From an uncultured Candidatus Saccharibacteria bacterium (GTDB lineage: Bacteria; Patescibacteriota; Saccharimonadia; Saccharimonadales; CAYVSP01), in assembly GCA_964625325.1 (NCBI GenBank), contig CAZVBA010000002.1:1-40307 (forward strand): 40,307 nucleotides of DNA. The letters are read 5' to 3'. Positions 17,894-25,075 of this stretch are shown piece by piece; position 1 is the first letter of the stretch, and each line of letters begins with the position of its first letter. The position numbers were made by a program, and so were the translations under genes. The notes beneath the pieces are model-generated. The model saw nothing but the letters and a program-made list of their open reading frames with translations, had not been told where the DNA came from and searched no databases.

Positions 17894-19522
17894 ATGGCTA
17901 CTGATCCAAGTGATGGGAATCTTGTTCAAGCTGTCGAAAATGGCGAATCGGCAGAGACAATAGTTGACGGCAAAGTCCTCGTCAATACTTTTGCAGACCT
18001 GGCTGAAGCATTCAGGCCAATAGCCGCTGACCTGGAAGACAGCTGGATAAGAAGTGAGCGTATTAAGAAGTTTGCTATCGAGGAACTGGCTGACCTAGCC
18101 CTGGCCGCCAGCCTTGATGACGAAAGCGCCCCAGCCATTAATCGCGAAGATAGGCGAGACGGCAAAAAACATTTGGACGAGCGGGCGATTCAAATTGGGG
18201 TGGAGAGTATGGCCTTGGTACTGAGGTATGGCATTTATGAACACTATGCCGCTAGGCATGATGGCGCAGCAAAACCTGACCCGCACCGGTTCCGCGGCTT
18301 TGGCCAAGTTTCCAAATTGATTTCCGCGCCGCTTGAAGCCAAGAAGGAGGCGCTAACGGATGAAGACGAGCAAGAGCGCTTTGATAGTGAGTTGAGTAGG
18401 GTTGCGACAGACGCCGCCCAGGACCTGCTAGGAGTCTATGATCATATTTATCGATTGAGCCCCAAGCTTTTGCGGGCCACTGCCGAGTATGTTCGGTTGA
18501 GCGTGGGTAAAGCAAAATCTTTTATAGGCTGGCTGGAGCAGGTTGACCAGGAGCAAGACGGCGATTTTAGGGCAATGCTGGAGTTGCTGGCACACGATTT
18601 GCTGGAAAAGAACGATGCCTCCAACACCCTCCGGGCGGCTATTCAACATTTAGAAAGTGAAGCCAACGACCTTTTTGTCAGGCCTTTTAGTGAGCACGCC
18701 CTCAAAGGCAACGTAGATATTGTTAACCCTGCTACTAAGAAAACCCTAGAGTTTATTAGCAAGCTCAGCGGCGTTGGCGAGAAAACAGAAGCAGAACAAG
18801 ATGAGTTTTATGACCGCTTTGCCGAAATGCGTAGTGAATGGCCACCGGAATTCGAAATCGAATATAAAGCCTTTAACCGTGGTATTACACAAGAGTTCGA
18901 TGCCAGAATGAAAACGGTGCTAAGCAAGTACGTGAATCGTTCACGGCAAACACCTACCAGGGTACACCTAGATAGAGTTCTCGCCGAAGTGTTACCAGAA
19001 CGAACCGGTTCGACAGCCAGACGGCGTGGCGCCAAAGGTGGACGGGTTACAGGTGGGGCTCGGGCTCAAACGGCACTTAAAGACGCTCTGGGGATTAGAC
19101 CCGAAGCTGAACCGGAGAAGGCAACTAAGGCCGTACTCAAACAGAAGCAAGAGACTTCCTTGGTTGAGACAGAAGGCTCCGAAGATGAAATAAACCGAAT
19201 GATAGCAAGGTATTGTAAAGCCAATCCTGAACCGGAGCTGGAGCGCAGCCTCAAAGATCTTGTTGAACATATTATGACTGCGCCGTTTGGTACTGGTACT
19301 AAAACGTTGGTAGGCAAGTTCGCTAGGGTTGAGGGTAAGAAATATGACCTACGGCGAGCGACAGTCCGGCATAATGATCAGGTGGAGTCCAGTGGATCGG
19401 TTGCTTTCCGGACCCGCATTATATACACGGTCGTAACCAATAACGGCGATGCCCCAATAGTGGCCGTCAAAGAAGTCTTGCATCATAACGTAATGGATAG
19501 AAAGTACAACAGCAAAGGCTGA
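17894..19522 (+). CDS. Hypothetical 542-aa protein with RelE/ParE-like C-terminal region
   Basis: The long helical acidic N-terminal region is followed by an Arg/Gly-rich linker (RRRGAKGGRVTGGARAQ). The C-terminus (LKDLVEHIMTAPFGTGTKTLVG..YDLRRA..FRTRIIYTVV..APIVAVKEVLHHNVMDRKY) follows the RelE/ParE toxin pattern. Confidence 0.6.
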   Translation: MATDPSDGNLVQAVENGESAETIVDGKVLVNTFADLAEAFRPIAADLEDSWIRSERIKKFAIEELADLALAASLDDESAPAINREDRRDGKKHLDERAIQIGVESMALVLRYGIYEHYAARHDGAAKPDPHRFRGFGQVSKLISAPLEAKKEALTDEDEQERFDSELSRVATDAAQDLLGVYDHIYRLSPKLLRATAEYVRLSVGKAKSFIGWLEQVDQEQDGDFRAMLELLAHDLLEKNDASNTLRAAIQHLESEANDLFVRPFSEHALKGNVDIVNPATKKTLEFISKLSGVGEKTEAEQDEFYDRFAEMRSEWPPEFEIEYKAFNRGITQEFDARMKTVLSKYVNRSRQTPTRVHLDRVLAEVLPERTGSTARRRGAKGGRVTGGARAQTALKDALGIRPEAEPEKATKAVLKQKQETSLVETEGSEDEINRMIARYCKANPEPELERSLKDLVEHIMTAPFGTGTKTLVGKFARVEGKKYDLRRATVRHNDQVESSGSVAFRTRIIYTVVTNNGDAPIVAVKEVLHHNVMDRKYNSKG

Positions 19523-19533
19523 GACAAGACCAC

Positions 19534-19563
19534 TTGACATAAGCGCATTAAATGTATTATAGT
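19534..19563 (+). promoter_or_regulatory. Sigma-70-type promoter for ORF 19574
   Basis: TTGACA (19534-19539), 18-nt spacer, TATAGT (19558-19563), 10 nt before the ATG. Confidence 0.65.
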
Positions 19564-19573
19564 ACTGTTTCTT

Positions 19574-20038
19574 ATGGCATTAGATGAACGCTTACAAGCT
19601 CGTGTTGAAACCGCCGCCGATGCGGCCTATACCTACGTGGCCGATTTTAAAGGACTCGATAAAGATTTGGTCCCCAGATCACCTGAGTGCCGACTAGTTA
19701 CCGCTTCCATTAGTTTTGCCCTATACAAAGCTGGCGTTAAATATGAAATTGTATCCAGGGGCGGTGAGCATGTCGATGAACACCGCTACCTGGTACTTGG
19801 CAATACCGTAGTCGACGCCACTTGGAAGCAGTTTATCCCTGAATCCGATGCCGACGACTTACCCGATGTCTTTATAGGCTCGCGTGAACACCTGCAGGAC
19901 ATGGCTGAAACTCACGGCGCCAAACCCTGGGCTGTCCGCCTCTGGGATGAAGAAGGTCCACGTCGAGCATTATCGGTTGAAGAACGTATTGCCGAGGCCT
20001 ACGACAAAGAGATGGGCCAAGCCGGCAACCAAACTTAG
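19574..20038 (+). CDS. Hypothetical protein, possible transglutaminase/papain-like Cys-His-Asp fold
   Basis: 154 aa. In ECRLVTASISFALYKAGV ... EHRYLVLGNTVVDATWKQF, C39, H70 and D81 are spaced like a transglutaminase-like core. Confidence 0.5.
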   Translation: MALDERLQARVETAADAAYTYVADFKGLDKDLVPRSPECRLVTASISFALYKAGVKYEIVSRGGEHVDEHRYLVLGNTVVDATWKQFIPESDADDLPDVFIGSREHLQDMAETHGAKPWAVRLWDEEGPRRALSVEERIAEAYDKEMGQAGNQT

Positions 20039-20829
20039 GCCATAAGTTCTTTGTACCAATCAACGTCATGGACTCGCAGATAAAGCGGGCGATCTTTGCT
20101 TGATTGCACGGCAATCGTAGCGGCTTCGAGGTTGCGCTCTTTACTTAATTTGTCTGCGCCGGGCAAGGGTTCGCCGCTGCTTTGGTCGGTGGCCAGGAAG
20201 CGCTTCCGGGAAAAGCCGATGACCACCGCCTGATCTTCCAGCACTAGTTGAGCAAAGCTGAGTAGCTCCCAGTTGAGACGCATGGTTTTACCAAAGCCGA
20301 TACCTGGATCGAGCATGATTTTTCCCGGTTTAACGCCGGCGTCGAGAAGTTTTTGGCGTTGCTGCATAAGCTCGTCTAAAACCTGTTGGGCTGAATCAAT
20401 TTTATAGTTTTGGTGGGCGTCTTGGATTGAAGTAGCAGCCAAGGGCAGGTGGCTGATTATACAAGCCGATTGGTGGCTGGCAATTACATCGATAAGCTTG
20501 GGATTCCTAAATGTCGTAACGTCGTTGATGATAATGTCACCAAGCGCCAGGGCCTTTTCAGCAACTTCCGGGTTGAAAGTGTCCAGCGACAGGCGGCCGG
20601 GGAACTCATTCAGCAGAGCTGGCAGTACTTGAGCTAGCCGGGCCCATTCCTCATCAGCTAAAATTGGTTGTACAAACGGATTGGTGGCCTGGGCGCCGAC
20701 GTCGATGAGGGCGGCGCCATCGGCGAATAATTGTTTAGCTTGAGTCAGGGCGTTTACGGGCGTAAAAAAGCGGCCGCCGTCGCTGAAGCTGTCCGGCGTG
20801 ACGTTTAGGATGCCGATTAAACGAACCAT
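20035..20829 (-). CDS. folP: Dihydropteroate synthase
   Basis: The protein begins MVRLIGILNVTPDSFSDGG. It also has IDVGAQATNP, ...INDV..., DPGIGFGKT and GFSRKRF. The start is at ATG 20829, not the longer 20910 extension. Confidence 0.9.
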   Translation of the reverse strand: MVRLIGILNVTPDSFSDGGRFFTPVNALTQAKQLFADGAALIDVGAQATNPFVQPILADEEWARLAQVLPALLNEFPGRLSLDTFNPEVAEKALALGDIIINDVTTFRNPKLIDVIASHQSACIISHLPLAATSIQDAHQNYKIDSAQQVLDELMQQRQKLLDAGVKPGKIMLDPGIGFGKTMRLNWELLSFAQLVLEDQAVVIGFSRKRFLATDQSSGEPLPGADKLSKERNLEAATIAVQSSKDRPLYLRVHDVDWYKELMA

Positions 20830-20858
20830 TGCTCCATGATACGTGATAGGATTGTCAG

Positions 20859-21344
20859 ATGGAAACGGTGTATCTGGCCCTTGGCTCCAATGTCGGTGAT
20901 AGCCGTGCATTTATAGCTCAAGCTATTGAGTCGTTGAGTGAATCGCTGAGTAACATACAGTCAGCACCGCTCTACCGTTCTAAAGCCGTCGGCTATACTG
21001 ACCAACCAGATTTTCTGAATACGGTAGTTCGGGGCCAGACTGATTTAACGCCGCTAGAACTACTGAAATTTGTTAAAACGGTTGAACAAAAAACCGGTAG
21101 AGTTAGGCGGTTCCGCTGGGGCCCACGCGAAATCGACATCGATATAATTTTCTACGGAGATAAGGTAATCGAGGAAGAGGGGCTAACCATTCCGCACGCC
21201 CGCTTCCGCGAACGTGACTTTGTCCTGCGCCCGCTCTGCGACCTCAACCCCGATGCAATTGACCCGGTCGGTAAGCTGTCTGCTCGCGAACTTCTGAATA
21301 AATTACCCGCCGAACAACATTCAATTATGGCTACAGTTGATTGA
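20859..21344 (+). CDS. folK: 2-amino-4-hydroxy-6-hydroxymethyldihydropteridine pyrophosphokinase
   Basis: VYLALGSNVGD, ...RWGPREIDIDII..., IPHARFRERDFVLRPL. Confidence 0.9.
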   Translation: METVYLALGSNVGDSRAFIAQAIESLSESLSNIQSAPLYRSKAVGYTDQPDFLNTVVRGQTDLTPLELLKFVKTVEQKTGRVRRFRWGPREIDIDIIFYGDKVIEEEGLTIPHARFRERDFVLRPLCDLNPDAIDPVGKLSARELLNKLPAEQHSIMATVD

Positions 21345-21346
21345 TA

Positions 21347-21766
21347 ATGAATAAAATGGTCCAACGAATCGCCATGAAGGCACTGATAGTCAAGCACGGC
21401 AAAGTCCTTATAATCCGTGAAGCGGCGACATATGGGGATGGTACGCAGCGTGGACGGTACCATTTGCCGGGCGGCAGGGTAGAGTCGGGCGAAACGTATA
21501 AAGCCGCCCTGAGACGTGAAGTCAAAGAGGAAACTGGCTTAGATATTACCATCCAACAACCTTTATATGTCGGTGAATGGCGTCCGGTTATCCGTGGTGT
21601 TCCTCACCAAATTATTGCCGTCTTTTTTGTATGCACTCCTAAGACAGACCAAGTAAAACTCAGCAGCGAACATGATGATTATCAATGGATTTATCCGTTG
21701 AAGCAGAAAGACTTTGACATTATGGACCCTGAAGATAAGGTAATTGACCTATACAAAGCCAGCTAA
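21347..21766 (+). CDS. Nudix hydrolase (possibly folate-pathway associated)
   Basis: Nudix box GGRVESGETYKAALRREVKEETGL. It starts 2 nt after the folK stop. Confidence 0.75.
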   Translation: MNKMVQRIAMKALIVKHGKVLIIREAATYGDGTQRGRYHLPGGRVESGETYKAALRREVKEETGLDITIQQPLYVGEWRPVIRGVPHQIIAVFFVCTPKTDQVKLSSEHDDYQWIYPLKQKDFDIMDPEDKVIDLYKAS

Positions 21767-21815
21767 TACTGAAATTATTGCCAAAATTGACAGTTAATGT
21801 TATTATATAGCTGTT

Positions 21816-22388
21816 ATGAGGTATTTTTTAGGCTTACTAGCGGTGGTGGCGCTGTTCATCCTGGTGGTGGTAATTGTCACGCATGGCGGTCCCAAAACCA
21901 CGACGCCCAAAACGGCTAATGGCAGCAAAGCTGTAGTGCTGACCGATTATATCGATAAAAACAGCGAAGTTCACCTGTTTACAGATGGCCAGATTAATGC
22001 CGAGGAAAACCACCGTGCTACGGAAATTATAGTCAGCAAAGACACACGAACCATGACCGTCTACAAAGGTTATAACCTGGAAGTCCTTAGGCAACAGACC
22101 TATCCCAACACGCCGGCCGCCTATGACAACTTTCTGCGGGCTCTAGCCCAGACCAATTTTATTAAAGAAAAAACCGGCGTCAAACAAACCGACGAGCGCG
22201 GCATATGCGCCAGCGGCTCACGAATTATTTATGAGTTGCGCGATAGCGGTAAAGACGTAACCCGATTGTGGTCGACTAGTTGCGGTACCAGCCAGGGCAC
22301 CTTTGGCGGTGCAGCTATCCGGGCCCAACTGCTATTCCAGAAGCAGATACCGGACTACAATAAGCTCCTCCTAGGCGTTTTTCTATAA
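21816..22388 (+). CDS. Membrane-anchored hypothetical protein
   Basis: 190 aa with an N-terminal TM helix (LGLLAVVALFILVVVIV) and then a soluble domain. TATATA 21804-21809 lies 6 nt before the ATG. Confidence 0.5.
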   Translation: MRYFLGLLAVVALFILVVVIVTHGGPKTTTPKTANGSKAVVLTDYIDKNSEVHLFTDGQINAEENHRATEIIVSKDTRTMTVYKGYNLEVLRQQTYPNTPAAYDNFLRALAQTNFIKEKTGVKQTDERGICASGSRIIYELRDSGKDVTRLWSTSCGTSQGTFGGAAIRAQLLFQKQIPDYNKLLLGVFL

Positions 22389-22390
22389 AC

Positions 22391-22972
22391 ATGAGCGAAG
22401 TTGATCCGCATCCGTCGGTCAAAGAAACCCGCACGCCCATTGGGCGACTGTTTGAGCATATTCTTTTGGAAGAAGAAGGGGCGGGCAGCATTGAGTTCGT
22501 GCGGCGCCCACCCGGCGTCCGCCTAATCATTGCCGATGTGGCCCAGGACCGCATCTTACTGACCAGCGAATTCCGCCGCGAGCTGCGCGACTGGGATTGG
22601 CGGCTGCCGGGTGGCAAAATCTTTGACAGCCGCGAGGCTTGGCAGGCCTACGAACAGAGCGGCGGTGATATAATCGCTGCGGCCAGCGCCCAAGGTATCA
22701 AAGAAGCCGCCGAAGAAGCCGGTATGGCGGTAGTCGAGCCGCGGTTCTTACAGCAAATGGTGGACGGCGCCACCGTCGAATGGGATCTGTATTATTTTGT
22801 GGCCACACAGTGGGCCGAACGCTCGCAAGGCCCCCAGCCGGAAGCCGGCGAACAGTTTAGGGAAAGCCGATGGTTTGATTATTCAATAGTAGAGTCCATG
22901 ATAGCCGACGGTGAAATGCATGAAGCCCGTAGCGCCCTGGCCGTGCTCCAATGGCTCAACACGTCCGACTGA
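22391..22972 (+). CDS. Nudix-family hydrolase (divergent)
   Basis: LPGGKI ... GIKEAAEEAGM is a Nudix-box remnant with an insertion. It starts 2 nt after the upstream stop. Confidence 0.6.
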   Translation: MSEVDPHPSVKETRTPIGRLFEHILLEEEGAGSIEFVRRPPGVRLIIADVAQDRILLTSEFRRELRDWDWRLPGGKIFDSREAWQAYEQSGGDIIAAASAQGIKEAAEEAGMAVVEPRFLQQMVDGATVEWDLYYFVATQWAERSQGPQPEAGEQFRESRWFDYSIVESMIADGEMHEARSALAVLQWLNTSD

Positions 22973-22988
22973 TTGTCCATAAAGCCTC

Positions 22989-23017
22989 TTGACTAAGCTC
23001 AACCGTAAGCGTATTAC
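22989..23017 (+). promoter_or_regulatory. Candidate promoter for ORF 23045
   Basis: TTGACT (22989-22994), 17-nt spacer, TATTAC (23012-23017). An alternative -10, TATTAA 23031-23036, lies 8 nt before the ATG. Confidence 0.4.
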
Positions 23018-23044
23018 GGTATTAGTGCTGTATTAAAAGCAAAC

Positions 23045-23698
23045 ATGAATAATATAAACCTTGCCTACTTTGAGGCCGACGCGGCCTATCATCTCGATCA
23101 GTTTCAACCAGTTCAACTGGTCGATGAAGCCCGCGAAGCGCAAGGTCGCCAGGGGTTGGACAAGTACGACACGACCTTTGACCATTTTTTCTACGACTAC
23201 GTTGGCGATATAAAAGATAGCCGTGAAGCACCGCTGGCGCTACGGGAACACGGCGACATGCTGATTAATTATCCAAACCGCATGTATCTCGGCTTTACCC
23301 AATCGGGCAAATTACTCTTGGTACGCAGCAGTTCCGAAGTCAGCCGCGAACAACCCGAAGCCTACTATATAGTTACAGCCAACCTGCAAACTGGTGAAGT
23401 GGTGCCGTGGTATGTCACGAACATGCTTGAGCGAACTAACAGCTTAATGGAGTTGAAGTTTGCACGCCAGCCGAAAGCTACCAGCGAAGAAATGGGTCAT
23501 TTGATCGTTTCTGCCGGTAAGGTTGAGCTGACATTACCGGGCGGGCAATTTGAGCGCGTGCCCAATCTTGACAGCCAGTTCTTCACGCTTCTAGAGCGCC
23601 GCCAGCGCTGGCTCCAAGCCGAGGCCATGGCCCGTTTATTAACATATATGGCCGCCCTGGGCGTCCGAGAGACCTTGCCAGCTCAGCTGATACACTAG
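23045..23698 (+). CDS. Hypothetical protein
   Basis: 217-aa ORF. No family recognised. Confidence 0.5.
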   Translation: MNNINLAYFEADAAYHLDQFQPVQLVDEAREAQGRQGLDKYDTTFDHFFYDYVGDIKDSREAPLALREHGDMLINYPNRMYLGFTQSGKLLLVRSSSEVSREQPEAYYIVTANLQTGEVVPWYVTNMLERTNSLMELKFARQPKATSEEMGHLIVSAGKVELTLPGGQFERVPNLDSQFFTLLERRQRWLQAEAMARLLTYMAALGVRETLPAQLIH

Positions 23699-23702
23699 TA
23701 AT

Positions 23703-24269
23703 GTGATAAAAGCCGTTATTTTTGATTGTTTCGGGGTGCTGACGGTTGATAAATGGAAAGAATTTGTCGCCACACTGCCGGAGGAGCACAAAGAACCGGC
23801 CCGTGGCTTTAATCATGATTACGATGCTGGCCGCATTACCGAGGCTGACTTTATTGAAAAGGTGAGGCAACTGACGGCTCGTGACCCAGGAGAAGTTGAA
23901 CAAATACTGGTTGGTGATAGTAACAAGAATGAAGAGCTCCTCAGTTATATCAAGCAGCTTCGCCCACGTTATAAAATTGGCCTTCTAAGCAATGTGGCCA
24001 GTAACTGGGTGCGCGATTACTTACTAGACGAAGAAGATCAGAATTTATTTGATGCATTTATCTTCTCCTATGAAGAACGTACTACCAAACCTGACCTTAA
24101 AATATACCAAGCGGCGGCTGATAGGCTTGGAGTAAAGCCATCAGAATGCGTATTCATTGATGATACCGAGCGCTATTGTGAGGCAGCGCGGGAGCTGGGT
24201 ATGCAGACTATCGATTATCAGGATTTCGCGCAGATGAAGCAAGAACTCGAGCAAATATTGGCCCGGTGA
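23703..24269 (+). CDS. HAD-superfamily hydrolase
   Basis: GTG start. KAVIFDCFGVL (motif I variant), LLSN (motif II), CVFIDD (motif IV). Confidence 0.75.
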   Translation: MIKAVIFDCFGVLTVDKWKEFVATLPEEHKEPARGFNHDYDAGRITEADFIEKVRQLTARDPGEVEQILVGDSNKNEELLSYIKQLRPRYKIGLLSNVASNWVRDYLLDEEDQNLFDAFIFSYEERTTKPDLKIYQAAADRLGVKPSECVFIDDTERYCEAARELGMQTIDYQDFAQMKQELEQILAR

Positions 24270-24270
24270 T

Positions 24271-24305
24271 ATATCACGGGCGGTATACGGACTGTGATAT
24301 TTATC
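24271..24305 (+). terminator. Possible weak terminator hairpin after the HAD gene
   Basis: ATATCAC (24271-24277), 16-nt loop, GTGATAT (24294-24300), then TTATC. The T-tract is poor. Confidence 0.3.
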
Positions 24306-24309
24306 AATC

Positions 24310-24338
24310 TTGACGCCAACGAACCATAGGCGTATACC
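24310..24338 (+). promoter_or_regulatory. Sigma-70-type promoter for ORF 24376
   Basis: TTGACG (24310-24315), 17-nt spacer, TATACC (24333-24338). The leader carries AAGGAA 7 nt before the ATG. Confidence 0.5.
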
Positions 24339-24375
24339 GGAAAGTATCCTTATAAAATAAAAAAGGAACCTCACG

Positions 24376-24648
24376 ATGCCGACTACATTTGAAGTTGGCC
24401 CATTCCGACCCGGATGCGACAGAGAAGCTACGCTAGGCTATCCTCTAATGAGCTTTGCCGCTTGGGCGGTTCGACACGGTTGTACCATCGAACACGTGGA
24501 TTGCTACACGGTTATCCATGATCCAAACATTCCGGCCAAGCAGCCCGTTGCAGATATTGGCGAGATGCAAACCCGAGCCATTGAAGCCCTAAGGCACCCG
24601 ACGACTCCCTATGCGGAGGCAGCGGCGCCATTTCTTCAAGTCGCTTAA
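24376..24648 (+). CDS. Hypothetical small protein
   Basis: 90-aa ORF with promoter and SD. Its stop overlaps the stop of the convergent gene (TTAA). Confidence 0.45.
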   Translation: MPTTFEVGPFRPGCDREATLGYPLMSFAAWAVRHGCTIEHVDCYTVIHDPNIPAKQPVADIGEMQTRAIEALRHPTTPYAEAAAPFLQVA

Positions 24649-24884
24649 CTAATTCGGATCACCAACCGCTTGTCTGTTTCGCAGAGTTCCTGTAGCTGAT
24701 GCAAGTGCAGCCGCAAGGCACCGGCTAGAGCCGCGCTGTGCACGCCGATGATAATTTGCTTGGGTCCAACCGCCACCTCAACTTCAGCCTTAAACTGTTC
24801 ACGAACATAGCCCTTAATCTGTTTTATCTCCGGCGGTTCGGCAAATTTGGATTTATCCAGTAAATCTCCCAGGTTAGTTGCCAT
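24645..24884 (-). CDS. Small protein, DUF721/DciA-like (tentative)
   Basis: 79 aa. The ...GPKQIIIGVHSAALAGALRLHLHQLQEL...RLVIRI pattern resembles DUF721 proteins. Weak, by eye only. Confidence 0.45.
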   Translation of the reverse strand: MATNLGDLLDKSKFAEPPEIKQIKGYVREQFKAEVEVAVGPKQIIIGVHSAALAGALRLHLHQLQELCETDKRLVIRIS

Positions 24885-24917
24885 GCTTCTATTGTACCTT
24901 TACCCACAAGATTCGCA

Positions 24918-25014
24918 CTTGGATGCAGTACAAGGAAGCCGTGAAGCACGGAATGAGACGTACAAATGGTACGTTGATTGAGTACTGGAACGGCTGACAC
25001 CGTAATGCGCCAAG
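24918..25014 (+). repeat. Copy A of a two-copy ~97-nt imperfect-palindrome element (candidate structured RNA)
   Basis: Ungapped 91-nt core alignment to the reverse complement of 36768-36858 gives 73/91 identities (hand count). Six compensatory pair changes preserve five helices. The strand given shows only the orientation relative to copy B; the transcribed strand is unresolved. Confidence 0.7.
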
Positions 25015-25075
25015 AACAGCAGCGGCGTGACCAGCTATGCTGGACAGCAGGCTGCTGTGGTGCGAAACTTGGGTT

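Noticed and set aside
19007-19013. A GGTTCGA T-loop-like string as a possible tRNA.
   Set aside because: It lies inside the 542-aa CDS, and no flanking acceptor, D or anticodon stems can be drawn. No other tRNA-like, rRNA-like, tmRNA, RNase P or SRP signatures were seen by eye in the spacers.
20830-20910. Long N-terminal extensions in the ORF track: folP from 20910, mutM from 25037, ORF from 25864, holA from 26621, UDG from 34058, ORF from 37342, ORF from 10749.
   Set aside because: The conserved family N-termini (MVRLIGILNVTPDSF, MPELPEVE) begin at internal ATGs. The extensions overlap neighbouring genes or predicted promoter hexamers.
21787-21792. A perfect TTGACA upstream of ORF 21816 as its -35.
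   Set aside because: It lies only 11 nt from the TATATA -10 candidate (21804-21809). That spacing is incompatible with a sigma-70 promoter, so it is probably coincidental or serves a different -10.
24926-24987. Alternative pseudoknot-like pairing in the element: n6-11 (CAGTAC) with n62-67 (GTACTG).
   Set aside because: It conflicts with H2 and H3, which are supported by the compensatory changes at 6:87 and 10:83. In copy B this alternative acquires a G:G mismatch at 6:67.
24923-24997. Both copies of the repeated element keep an intact 24-codon ORF from ATG at n3 to TGA at n75-77. Copy A encodes MQYKEAVKHGMRRTNGTLIEYWNG. Copy B (36782-36856, minus strand) encodes MECKEELKHGTRRTGGTLSEYWRF.
   Set aside because: Of the 10 codons that differ, 9 are non-synonymous, and the 14 in-ORF substitutions show no third-position bias (4/7/3 by codon position). 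No SD or suitably placed -10 precedes the ATG. The same substitutions are explained far better as compensatory base pairs. A 24-codon open frame also survives by chance fairly often. It still deserves a ribosome-profiling or peptidomics check.
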